64,000 nucleotides of DNA, taken from the IMG/VR virus record IMGVR_UViG_3300028833_000068, positions 64,001-128,000 of that record. One strand, 5' to 3'. Shown one piece after another: positions 36,489 through 45,811 of the stretch. Source of the stretch: a virus (taxonomy: Duplodnaviria; Caudoviricetes). Numbering within the stretch: the stretch's first letter is position 1; each line of letters opens with the position of its first letter. Position numbers and translations under genes: made by a program. Below the pieces are notes generated by a model. That model was not told the DNA's origin and made no database searches. It worked only from the letters and a program-made list of their open reading frames with translations.

Positions 36489-38858
36489 CTATTTCAAAAC
36501 TACCTTTGAAATATTATTCTCTTTCACAACTGAAATATGATGGTCACACATATCGTGAACCTCTTGATTATGACTAATCAAAATAAGAGTCTCATATTGT
36601 TTTGATATTTTTTCCAATAGATTTTTCATATTATCATAATTATCCTTTGAAACTCTACCCCACACCTCATCTAGAGTGCATATAGAACTTTTCGGGATTG
36701 TTGACATCTCAGACAATACTGACCTCAATGCTATTCCACTTGCTGTAAGTTCAAATCCGCTACCACTTGATAGATTAGAATAAACTCCATCCTTAATAAG
36801 GTTGAACATCACATCATTCTTTTGGTTTATTGCTACCTCTACATCAAAATCGCAAACATCACCCAATAACTTCGATAATTTTGCATTAATAATTGGAAGC
36901 GTCTTTCTAAGAACCATCTTTGAAATACCATTTTTACCAACAAGTTCAAGGTAAATCTTCCAGTTTCTTACTAACTTTTCCTCCTCATTAAGCTTCTTGA
37001 TGACTTCCTTTCTATCATCAATTTGCTTCTTGTGATTCTTTATATCTGCTTCATTCCTACTGATATAGGATGTATTCAATTCCTTAGTATTACGCTTATC
37101 TCGTATAAATACATCGTTATTACGAATTTGAATGTCAATTGAATTATTCTTGTCTATTGCCTCACTATTTTTATCATATTCTCTCTTAATATTTCTATTT
37201 TCTTGATATTCATTTCGAAGCTTTTCAACATTCACCTCCAATGCGGCTTTCTTAATCGTTAGATTATTTCTCTTGTTAAACAATTCTCTCTTATTCTTTA
37301 AGGAATTAACCTTGTTTGTTAACGCTTCTTTCTCTATTCCCATATTCTTGCCTTTCAGTAGAATTCCTTCAAGTTCCTTTGTTAATTCCTCAATTCTCTT
37401 CGAATTATCAACATTATCCAATTTTCTATGACAAGTTGGACAGATTTCACTTGATTTAAGATGTGTCACATTGTGCTCAATATTTTTATATTTCTCCCTT
37501 AATACTGCAATATCCGTATTAAGCTTGGATAATTCGCCTTGTAACTTATCATATTCTTCAATTGAAAAGTCAACATCACCAATTTCTGTAAGTTCCTTCG
37601 TAATCACTTCTATCTCTTCTTTTTTCTTAGTACCTTCAAATATATTCTCTTGCATCTTTCTCGTCAATGTAGTGATGTCAATCTTGAGAGTGTTATTATC
37701 AATAACTGTCTTTGAAGATAAAAGAGTCTCACGATTCTTCTCCAATGTTTCTATTTCCTTATCAAGAGTCTTGTTTTCTTTCTTGAACTTCTTATTTTCC
37801 TCTTCAAGGGTTTTAATTGTCAAGTTAAATGCCTCAATCTCTTGCATAAGAGTTTCCTCATTATATCTGTTTGACAATAGCATTGGTTTGACCTCAGAAT
37901 TGAATTTTTCCCTTGCTAGCTTGTCTTTTTCCTCAAGGGGTAATAAACCTATCCACCTTGATAATAAACGTCCTCTATCAGCCTCTTTCTTATTCACAAG
38001 GTCATCAAGGGTGGCATCTGTAACAGACATAATAAGGTCAAAATCACTCTCAATACCTATTGCATCCTTAATTGCTTTGTTGGTTTGTACTCCATTTTCC
38101 TCTTGCTGGTTTTCAACGTCATACTCTTCCAATTCTTCCTTGGAATCACCAACCAACTTATAGTATTCTACCTTCTGTGTTGTCTTACTCTTTTCACTTC
38201 TTCTCTCCAATGCTGGTCTTGATAACGTTCTCTTGATTATGTAATCAACACCATCAATGTTAATACAACCTTCTACAACAACATTGGTAGCCTTCGGTAA
38301 GTGTTTATTGAAGATTTTATCTTGAGTATCTACCTTGTTCGTTTTACCAAATAATAGGAAGTGAATGAGGTCAATGGATAATGTTGACTTACCAGCTTGA
38401 TTTTGACCACTTAAGGAAGTAAGTCCATGAATACTTGTAAAATCGAAATAGTTGCTGGTTCCATAACTGAGAAAATTATCCCATCGTATCCACTTGATAG
38501 AATATCTCCTATACTTGTCGTAAATTTGATAATCAATTTTTCCATTTATCTCTGCGTCTATTTTCTTTATTAAATCAAAATCGTAATTTGAAATGTTATT
38601 AGCTTTCAAGTAAGCTTCAAACAACTTTATTTGGAACTGTGGGTCTTGAATATTCTGAATAATGTCAGTATTCAAAGATATTTGTTCTCCATCTTCATCA
38701 ACCATCAAGAACTCTGGGATAACCTTAATTTTATCCTTTGGAAGATTATACTTCTTGCTGAACTTGGCGATAATTGATTTTTCCTTCTCCTTGGAATAAT
38801 CATATGGTGATACATTCCAATGTATGTTAACTCTAGATTTTTCCTTTAATTGAATCAT
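36489..38858 (-). CDS. SbcC/Rad50 (T4 gp46-like) ATPase
   Basis: NFLSYG, GQNQAGKST, CPTC zinc hook, SGSGFE, LDEVWG, ISH. Confidence 0.9.
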   Translation of the reverse strand: MIQLKEKSRVNIHWNVSPYDYSKEKEKSIIAKFSKKYNLPKDKIKVIPEFLMVDEDGEQISLNTDIIQNIQDPQFQIKLFEAYLKANNISNYDFDLIKKIDAEINGKIDYQIYDKYRRYSIKWIRWDNFLSYGTSNYFDFTSIHGLTSLSGQNQAGKSTLSIDLIHFLLFGKTNKVDTQDKIFNKHLPKATNVVVEGCINIDGVDYIIKRTLSRPALERRSEKSKTTQKVEYYKLVGDSKEELEEYDVENQQEENGVQTNKAIKDAIGIESDFDLIMSVTDATLDDLVNKKEADRGRLLSRWIGLLPLEEKDKLAREKFNSEVKPMLLSNRYNEETLMQEIEAFNLTIKTLEEENKKFKKENKTLDKEIETLEKNRETLLSSKTVIDNNTLKIDITTLTRKMQENIFEGTKKKEEIEVITKELTEIGDVDFSIEEYDKLQGELSKLNTDIAVLREKYKNIEHNVTHLKSSEICPTCHRKLDNVDNSKRIEELTKELEGILLKGKNMGIEKEALTNKVNSLKNKRELFNKRNNLTIKKAALEVNVEKLRNEYQENRNIKREYDKNSEAIDKNNSIDIQIRNNDVFIRDKRNTKELNTSYISRNEADIKNHKKQIDDRKEVIKKLNEEEKLVRNWKIYLELVGKNGISKMVLRKTLPIINAKLSKLLGDVCDFDVEVAINQKNDVMFNLIKDGVYSNLSSGSGFELTASGIALRSVLSEMSTIPKSSICTLDEVWGRVSKDNYDNMKNLLEKISKQYETLILISHNQEVHDMCDHHISVVKENNISKVVLK

Positions 38859-38860
38859 TG

Positions 38861-39226
38861 TTAGTTTTTCTTAATTACTCGTATTTTTCTTACAACTACT
38901 GGTGTTTTTACTTCTTTTTCTTTAATGTCTTCTTCTTTGGTTGTGGATTCTCCTTTAACTGTTTCCTCAATAACTCGTTTTGCTTCATCTTCTCTTGAAG
39001 AGTGTGTTTCTTGTTTAGTTTGTTTCTTGTATTCATCTTTACTTAAATCTTTAATTCCTTTATTTTCCCTTTCTATATTATCCATTGGTGAAGTTCCAAA
39101 CTTGATAATACTAAATCCTTGAGATAAACAACGATTTGCAAAAGCATTGATGTCTTCAATCTCATTTAATTCACAATATTGACGTATCTGTCTCTCCAAC
39201 GTCTGGTTTACATACAATCTGCTCAT
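38861..39226 (-). CDS. Hypothetical protein
   Basis: 121 aa; promoter TATATTTGCA at 39229-39238. Confidence 0.7.
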   Translation of the reverse strand: MSRLYVNQTLERQIRQYCELNEIEDINAFANRCLSQGFSIIKFGTSPMDNIERENKGIKDLSKDEYKKQTKQETHSSREDEAKRVIEETVKGESTTKEEDIKEKEVKTPVVVRKIRVIKKN

Positions 39227-39367
39227 ATTGCAAATATATAGAAAATAATTGAAATAAACAAATTTCTTGATATAAATTTTTAAAAAATGTTAAAATATTA
39301 TTTAATATTAATATTTTATATATTATAGTTTAATATATTATTTTAATATTATATTAGTTATTGAGTT

Positions 39368-40141
39368 ATGAATAAAGAAGGAAAAGAAGTATATCTAGGT
39401 TTAGATATAAGTACTGCATGTATCGGGATAAGTATTATTATAGATGATGGGTCTGATTACGGTAAGATTGTTGAACTAACCCATATCAACCCCAAAGTAT
39501 CAAGCAAGATAAAAGGTATCGAACAACTGTTCTTGAAAAAGAAGATATTTGAGGAATTCATCACCAAATATAAAGACTTTGGCATTGACCATGTTGTAAT
39601 TGAAGAACCACTCTTGAGAAGTAACAATGTTTTAACTGTTTCAACATTATTGAGGTTTAATGGTATGATTTCAGATTGTATCTACAATGTATTGGGGATT
39701 GTACCAAACTACATATCGTCATATGAGGCAAGGGAGTATAGCTTCCCAGAGCTTATGGCTATAAGGAAATATGGCAAGGATGAAAAGCAATATGAATTCT
39801 CCAAGATTCATAAGGAGATTAAAGATTGCAAGTTAGTTCTATTTGGTAGTTATCCTTGGACAATTGACAAGAAGACAGTTCTTCAAGAGAAAGTTGCTGA
39901 GATATTCCCAGACATTGAATGGCTGTATAACAAGAAGGGTGAATTGAAGAAAGAAAACTTCGATGCCTCAGACAGTTATATTGCATTTTTAGGCTTTCTA
40001 AACAAGAAACGCTATGGGGAACTAGAATTCTCTAGTGAGATTGTTGGAGAGGCTAACGATGGCAAAGGAACAAGGGAAATCGACTATATCGTTAGATATT
40101 GGAATAAGGAAGAATTAAGAAGAACATATGTTAGTGTATAA
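39368..40141 (+). CDS. RuvC-like Holliday junction resolvase
   Basis: LGLDISTACIG, VVIEEP, FDASDS. Confidence 0.8.
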   Translation: MNKEGKEVYLGLDISTACIGISIIIDDGSDYGKIVELTHINPKVSSKIKGIEQLFLKKKIFEEFITKYKDFGIDHVVIEEPLLRSNNVLTVSTLLRFNGMISDCIYNVLGIVPNYISSYEAREYSFPELMAIRKYGKDEKQYEFSKIHKEIKDCKLVLFGSYPWTIDKKTVLQEKVAEIFPDIEWLYNKKGELKKENFDASDSYIAFLGFLNKKRYGELEFSSEIVGEANDGKGTREIDYIVRYWNKEELRRTYVSV

Positions 40142-40145
40142 AAAG

Positions 40146-40176
40146 AAAGCGAGACTCAATTAAGAATCTCGCTTTT
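40146..40176. terminator. Bidirectional intrinsic terminator
   Basis: aaagcgaga...tctcgcttt between convergent genes. Confidence 0.75.
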
Positions 40177-40182
40177 TATTTT

Positions 40183-40572
40183 TTAATTTATTAATCTCAT
40201 TAAAGCCCATTCCCCACGAAGCTCAATGATTGTAAATTCTTCCGTTGAAAACAAGCCAAATGACTCGCAATCTATTCTAGCATGGAGGAATATTGCTCTA
40301 TTTTTAAATTTTGTTTTAACTGTTTGAATTAAACCACTTGCGACACCTTGGTTTCTGTACTTCTCTTCCACAAAAAGACAAGATAAGTAAATAGGTTTTT
40401 TATTTTCAACACCAAATTTGACAGCATAGTCTTCTTTACCAACTTTTGTATAAACACGTATTCTGCCTAATTTTTTTCTCTTATCTTTAGCGGTTATTAA
40501 AACATAGGGTGTTGTGTATGCACTCTCACCCTTTTCAAAATCATATTTTACATTATCCATAGATATATCCAA
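40183..40572 (-). CDS. GNAT family acetyltransferase
   Basis: LFVEEKYRNQGVASGLI. Confidence 0.75.
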   Translation of the reverse strand: MDISMDNVKYDFEKGESAYTTPYVLITAKDKRKKLGRIRVYTKVGKEDYAVKFGVENKKPIYLSCLFVEEKYRNQGVASGLIQTVKTKFKNRAIFLHARIDCESFGLFSTEEFTIIELRGEWALMRLIN

Positions 40573-40951
40573 GTGTTATCACTCCAATAAACGCTATCAT
40601 AACACACACTCCAATACCAACCTCACCCATGTTGAAATTGAGTTTATAGTTATGGAAATTGGCACAAGTGGAAAGGGTGCTTTTAAGAGAGTCACACAGC
40701 TTAAAATAGCTTCCAATTGGATGCGTATCATACTGTGAGGGTTTGGATGCAAACTCATCCAATGCTTTTTTCTCATCATCGTCCATGAGATAACCCTCAT
40801 ACTTTGCAGAGGTCATCTTTGCCAAGACGTGATAGAACCAATTCTTCTCAGCCTTCTTGATAAGGTCTTCCTCCTTAATCAAGAGACGATTAATAATCAC
40901 CAATGCTGCAATACAAGCAACAATAATCAATGTAATAATCTGTGCATTCAT
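40553..40951 (-). CDS. Membrane protein
   Basis: N- and C-terminal TM segments. Confidence 0.65.
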   Translation of the reverse strand: MNAQIITLIIVACIAALVIINRLLIKEEDLIKKAEKNWFYHVLAKMTSAKYEGYLMDDDEKKALDEFASKPSQYDTHPIGSYFKLCDSLKSTLSTCANFHNYKLNFNMGEVGIGVCVMIAFIGVITLGYIYG

Positions 40952-40954
40952 AAT

Positions 40955-41695
40955 TTATTCAGTATAATCTTTACTAAAACCGCCTATACAAATACCTCTT
41001 AATCTTTCTTTGTTAAATGATAAAGCAAAATCAAATCCCCAATGTGAAACTCCACCACAAATAATTCTTTCAACATCATCTTCACACAGCGTAACTTTAG
41101 TATCTTTCCTAGGGTCATTTTCTCCAACCACTTTAAAAATGTATCTTCCATCCTTCTCCCACTTATTAGTAAATGCTATTTTATGCAATGCATTTTTTTC
41201 ATCAGCAAAATAACAATCATCAAAAATAGGAAGTTTATTTAAATCATCAGAGCAATAATCTTTCAAAAAGTCTTTATAACTGTTATGATAATTATATGGG
41301 TATTCAACTCCATTAAATGCAGAATAAAAAATTGCAACTTGTGTTAATAAAGGTAGACAATTAAATTTACTGAATATTCTGTGATAGACCATATAACGTT
41401 TATCTAAAATATCATATTCATCATTCCAAGTTATACCATTGTATCCTATAACATATAAAGATTCTTTACTTTTGTTTCGTGAATCAACACCATGCTCATT
41501 CTTAAAACCAACTTTCAAATATACTGTATCATGTGTTTTTCCATCACCAAATTCATCTGTTAATGGTCCAATAGAACAGCAATCTATTGATTTTAAACCA
41601 CGTTTTTTTAATTCTTCAGAAATTAGTTCTTCCAAATCATTATTATTAGTACAAAAGTCTTTTATTAATGACAATCTTTCTTCTAACGTTTTCAT
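40955..41695 (-). CDS. Hypothetical protein
   Basis: 246-aa ORF. Confidence 0.7.
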   Translation of the reverse strand: MKTLEERLSLIKDFCTNNNDLEELISEELKKRGLKSIDCCSIGPLTDEFGDGKTHDTVYLKVGFKNEHGVDSRNKSKESLYVIGYNGITWNDEYDILDKRYMVYHRIFSKFNCLPLLTQVAIFYSAFNGVEYPYNYHNSYKDFLKDYCSDDLNKLPIFDDCYFADEKNALHKIAFTNKWEKDGRYIFKVVGENDPRKDTKVTLCEDDVERIICGGVSHWGFDFALSFNKERLRGICIGGFSKDYTE

Positions 41696-41713
41696 ATTAT
41701 TTAAATTTTTAAA

Positions 41714-42397
41714 TTAAGCCCATACTCTTACTCTCTGTTTTGGTGTCATATGTTCCCCATACTTGAATGGGTCAACACCATTGTCAGCAATTTCCTTCAG
41801 TCTAGCGATAACACCCTCAAGCTCTCCAATGGTTTTAAGAGCCTTTACAACAACTGTCCTAAGTCCAAGCTGTCTTCCCTCACCATAGATTGCCTCATGG
41901 TCTTTGAAACGTTCGCAAACTCCACTATTCTCAACACCCTTAATGATATTGAGGATGTCTTGCTTCATATCATCAAGCTTCCAAGCCATCTTCTCAACGT
42001 ACTGGTAAGCTGCCTTTTCATTCTTCTTTGCCATTTCTTGAATATCCTCAATCAGTTTATTGAGTTCACCAAGACGCACACAATACTCTGCCATAGGTTT
42101 GCTTATTCCACGATGTGCAAGAATCTCATTGGCAATAGTTCCCCAAGAACGATATGCATGGTTCTTATACACTTTAATTGACTTCAAGGTAATCATTGGC
42201 TTCAGCATTTTCTCAATCTGTTCAGCAACAATTGAGATTTCCTTTTCCTTCTTCTTAGTCTTCTTTGGTTTGAGGTCAAGGAAACGTTTCTTACCCCTAC
42301 GAGTTTTCTGCTTTTCAGCAACGCTAATCTTCCATTCCTTAATGGTCATCTTAACACCATCAACGATGATATAGTTGTTTTCACTAACTTTTGCCAT
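41714..42397 (-). CDS. Hypothetical basic helical protein
   Basis: 227-aa ORF. Confidence 0.7.
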   Translation of the reverse strand: MAKVSENNYIIVDGVKMTIKEWKISVAEKQKTRRGKKRFLDLKPKKTKKKEKEISIVAEQIEKMLKPMITLKSIKVYKNHAYRSWGTIANEILAHRGISKPMAEYCVRLGELNKLIEDIQEMAKKNEKAAYQYVEKMAWKLDDMKQDILNIIKGVENSGVCERFKDHEAIYGEGRQLGLRTVVVKALKTIGELEGVIARLKEIADNGVDPFKYGEHMTPKQRVRVWA

Positions 42398-42408
42398 AAT
42401 ACTCCAAA

Positions 42409-42654
42409 TTACATTCTACATATGTTAATTGGTTCACTGTGTGGTAATGTCAAAATATCACCACATACATTATGAACAACATTAATTTCATTCCCAACAG
42501 CTAGCCTAACTTGCGCATCTAATACTTTAAAAAATTTATTAGTTTCACCATCCATTACGCAAACAGTTCCATTTGTATATTTGTAAAGAAACAAACCTAA
42601 AAACTCTCGTTTGACTAATGGGTCATAAAAAACAATGCAATCACCTCTTTCCAT
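42409..42654 (-). CDS. Hypothetical protein
   Basis: 81-aa ORF. Confidence 0.6.
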   Translation of the reverse strand: MERGDCIVFYDPLVKREFLGLFLYKYTNGTVCVMDGETNKFFKVLDAQVRLAVGNEINVVHNVCGDILTLPHSEPINICRM

Positions 42655-42658
42655 ACTA

Positions 42659-42976
42659 TTAATCCTCCAAACTTAATGAATTCTTCATATATTCTACTGC
42701 AATTTCTTTCTTCTCCTTATCTGTAAGAAGTTGCCATAGCATAACTCTAAGAGCCTTGATATCTAGTTCAGAAATGTTATGTACCTCATAGTTGGTATCA
42801 ACACAAAATGTTGAATTCCCGTTCTTGAACAGTTCCTTGAAGGTTCTCTTTTCAGTGTGTTTGAATAAACCAACCTTCAACTCAGTCTCAACACGTTTCT
42901 TTAGCTTAATCTTGCCATTTGCACGTGCGTCTACCTTTTCTTTGATTAGTTTCAAAGTTTCGCCTTTATTAATCAT
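42659..42976 (-). CDS. Hypothetical protein
   Basis: First gene after hairpin-promoter module. Confidence 0.65.
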   Translation of the reverse strand: MINKGETLKLIKEKVDARANGKIKLKKRVETELKVGLFKHTEKRTFKELFKNGNSTFCVDTNYEVHNISELDIKALRVMLWQLLTDKEKKEIAVEYMKNSLSLED

Positions 42977-43004
42977 AAAATTTCAATTTTTTGTTATTTT
43001 CTGC

Positions 43005-43056
43005 TGCAAATATACAAAAAAAAATTGAACTAGCAAAACACTAATTCAATTTTTAA
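43005..43056 (-). promoter_or_regulatory. Hairpin-promoter module
   Basis: aaaaattgaa.tag...cta.ttcaattttt plus TATATTTGCA. Confidence 0.75.
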
Positions 43057-43062
43057 CATTTT

Positions 43063-44583
43063 TTAGTATAAAGATAAATCATTTGTTGTAAGTTTAACTC
43101 TATTCTTAATTGTTTCTATTTTTTTCCTTGTTTCATCTATGTTTGAAGACTTTTTAATTATTGTTGGCCTAATAGTTTTAACAGTGAAGTTATTTTTCTT
43201 TTTATGTAAACATTTCCAATTAAACCAAGAAGAATTACATATTTTTTTATCCATATATGTAATCTTTACATCTTGATTTTTCCAAGAAACATAATTAAAT
43301 GATAATTGGTCTCTATGAGAACCATCCTTAAGTTCCTTAAACCAATCCTCCATTAACTTAACACAATCTGCATTATTATGTTTTCTAAGTATTATATTGG
43401 ATTGTAATAGTCCATATTTCTCTGGGAAACCTTCTTCCTTATATCTATCAATCTGTTTATTAACATTGTTGCTTGTATCTTTTCGCATACTTATAACAGC
43501 ACTAGCTTCATCATAGATACAATCTCTTTGTGGATGCTGTGGAACATATATTGAACAATCATCCTTCAATGTCTTATTTATAAAGTCATTTAAATCTCCC
43601 TTAAGTTCTACATTGCCATCAACCCATATTGAAATATCATAATCATTTAACAACTTATGAGCATTAATCTTAACATATCTTTGCTTCTTAACTTGTGATA
43701 AACTCTCTGTTTCCTTTGGTAATGGTTTAATATCCCAAACATCACTTTTTAAAGACGAATTATCAGTAAAACAAACATAATCAAAGTCTTCAGTAATATA
43801 TGTTGGTTCTATAAGGGCATCATAACCACCAGTTATGCAAGTATAAACAACTTTCTTGTTTTTTTCCATAGACCAATATCTCTTATACTTTTTAATCCAC
43901 TCTTCTTGGCTTAGTTTTTGAACTCTTTTAGAACCTAATGGCTTCCAAGAACCACTACCGTAATGAACAACATAATCTTCAAATTTTATGTCTATATGTT
44001 TAAACTTTTCTGCTTCTAAGAAAAAAGCTCCACCAGTATCATATCTATCAGCATATTTATTTATCTTATTGCAAACTAAGCCATGCATATAATTTTCATT
44101 AAAATAGTGTACGTCTTTCTCCTTACACATTTTAACATTGATGAAAGTTATAAATGGTAAAACTCTTTTAACTGTGCTCATCTGTTGTGTAATTACTTCC
44201 CCAGCATATATAACATTCTCATCAAATAAATTGGAACAATCTCTCTTTAATAATACATCAGAATCTAGCAATATGAAATTATCGTTTATCAATTCCATAC
44301 ATTTTTCAACACTATAACAATGTTTTGCACTACCCCATTGATTAATTCTACCTCCAGACCTATTCCTATTGGGATATTTCTCAAGCCATTTATCAAAGTT
44401 AATGATTTGACCTTTTGTGTTATCTAATACCAATACATTATCATAGAATGCAGTAAATGGGGCTTTATCACTATTATCAAAAATATAGATAATAGCATCG
44501 TCAACAAATAAATTAATACTCCTCACCAAACATTCGGTAAGGAGAGGAGTATTATAATGTATTATTACAAAACGTTTTTTCAT
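43063..44583 (-). CDS. Two-domain glycosyltransferase (GT-A domain plus DUF616/TOD1-like domain)
   Basis: FDNSD, LLDSDV; VVYTCITGGYD, SIWVDGN, HPQRDCIYDE, RDQLSFNY. Confidence 0.85.
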   Translation of the reverse strand: MKKRFVIIHYNTPLLTECLVRSINLFVDDAIIYIFDNSDKAPFTAFYDNVLVLDNTKGQIINFDKWLEKYPNRNRSGGRINQWGSAKHCYSVEKCMELINDNFILLDSDVLLKRDCSNLFDENVIYAGEVITQQMSTVKRVLPFITFINVKMCKEKDVHYFNENYMHGLVCNKINKYADRYDTGGAFFLEAEKFKHIDIKFEDYVVHYGSGSWKPLGSKRVQKLSQEEWIKKYKRYWSMEKNKKVVYTCITGGYDALIEPTYITEDFDYVCFTDNSSLKSDVWDIKPLPKETESLSQVKKQRYVKINAHKLLNDYDISIWVDGNVELKGDLNDFINKTLKDDCSIYVPQHPQRDCIYDEASAVISMRKDTSNNVNKQIDRYKEEGFPEKYGLLQSNIILRKHNNADCVKLMEDWFKELKDGSHRDQLSFNYVSWKNQDVKITYMDKKICNSSWFNWKCLHKKKNNFTVKTIRPTIIKKSSNIDETRKKIETIKNRVKLTTNDLSLY

Positions 44584-44591
44584 TAAAAATT

Positions 44592-45476
44592 TTAACTATT
44601 CGCCCAATTATTATTATCATTAGGGTCAATACCTTGACGAAGAAGGAACTTTCCAGTTACAATCTTATATTGTTTTGGGTCAAGGTCATAATCAATCAAG
44701 TCCCTTGTGAAATAGTCATACTTAAATTGTCTCAATTCATCAGAATCATATTCAGAATAATCCCAACCATTTACAATCTTATTGGTTGCCTTGTTAACAG
44801 CAAAGTGAGAATAACCTTGATTGTTTTGGAATGATTCTTCAGTTAAAGGCTTGTTATTATGCTTACTCTCAATATCTAACATTGCCTCATACCATTCACG
44901 AGTCTTTCCAGGATATTTCTTTCTGATTGCAATATTTCTACGCTCCCAATCAGCATTCGTCATTTTCTCTCTTTGTGTATAATAATCATCCATATATGCC
45001 TTGTCATCTAATTGGTCTGGAGAAAATGTCCATTCCTTCAAACACTTTTTAACTGACTTTCCAATCATTTGTTGGAGTTGACTTTCAGTTAATCTTATAA
45101 CTCTATTTTTCATCTTTATATTTCTTGATTCCTTTTTAACATATTTGCCATCTCTGTATTCAAGATTACCCTCATGCCAATCTTGAACATCGTTTGCTTG
45201 CCTATCAAGTCTTTTTAACTCTCCATTAGTATATGAGAAAGGCATCTTGGTTTTACCCAACATTCTATCCATTTCGTGACTATCCTTCCTCTGTTTAACC
45301 TTATCAACGCCAAACTGTTTATCACAAGTATCTATTGCATGGTCTCTGAAAGCTTCTGCTTGATTCTTTCTTCTTTCAGCTTCATATGTTGTTATATCTG
45401 GGCTGTTTGATAACTGCTTTGCTTTCGTTGCAGCAGCATCATAAGTCTTCCAATCCATTTCGTTCATATTAGCCAT
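44592..45476 (-). CDS. Multi-module protein with an internal IRLTES leader
   Basis: Start likely MANMNE; internal MKNRVIRLTESQLQQMIGKSVKKCLKE at 45113. Confidence 0.7.
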   Translation of the reverse strand: MANMNEMDWKTYDAAATKAKQLSNSPDITTYEAERRKNQAEAFRDHAIDTCDKQFGVDKVKQRKDSHEMDRMLGKTKMPFSYTNGELKRLDRQANDVQDWHEGNLEYRDGKYVKKESRNIKMKNRVIRLTESQLQQMIGKSVKKCLKEWTFSPDQLDDKAYMDDYYTQREKMTNADWERRNIAIRKKYPGKTREWYEAMLDIESKHNNKPLTEESFQNNQGYSHFAVNKATNKIVNGWDYSEYDSDELRQFKYDYFTRDLIDYDLDPKQYKIVTGKFLLRQGIDPNDNNNWANS

Positions 45477-45480
45477 GTTC

Positions 45481-45750
45481 TTACCAATTTTTAATCCACT
45501 CAGCCTTCTGAAGTCCTTCATCTAGAGTGTCATTATCTGTACGATATAACTCTGCTGCTTTTGTTCCATCAGCATCATCAATATTGCTCTGAGCATTGTA
45601 ATCCTTGTCACCAAAGACACTACTTACCTTTGTAAGGTCATAGTAAGCACCAACAGCATAATGACCATTAGCACCATATACTACTGAATCTTCATCCAAT
45701 TTAGCTGCCATAGCCTTTAGGATGTCACTATCTTTAAATTTCTTTGTCAT
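45481..45750 (-). CDS. Hypothetical protein
   Basis: 89 aa; TATTTATA at about 45767-45775. Confidence 0.65.
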   Translation of the reverse strand: MTKKFKDSDILKAMAAKLDEDSVVYGANGHYAVGAYYDLTKVSSVFGDKDYNAQSNIDDADGTKAAELYRTDNDTLDEGLQKAEWIKNW

Positions 45751-45811
45751 AATTCGAATTATTTCCTATAAATATTTGTTTTTTTCAAAAATTTAACATA
45801 TCTTTGCAATT

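Noticed and set aside
37471-38163. 230-aa plus-strand ORF, and similar Ser/Leu/Phe-rich antisense ORFs elsewhere
   Set aside because: Antisense shadows of K/E-rich genes; no motifs
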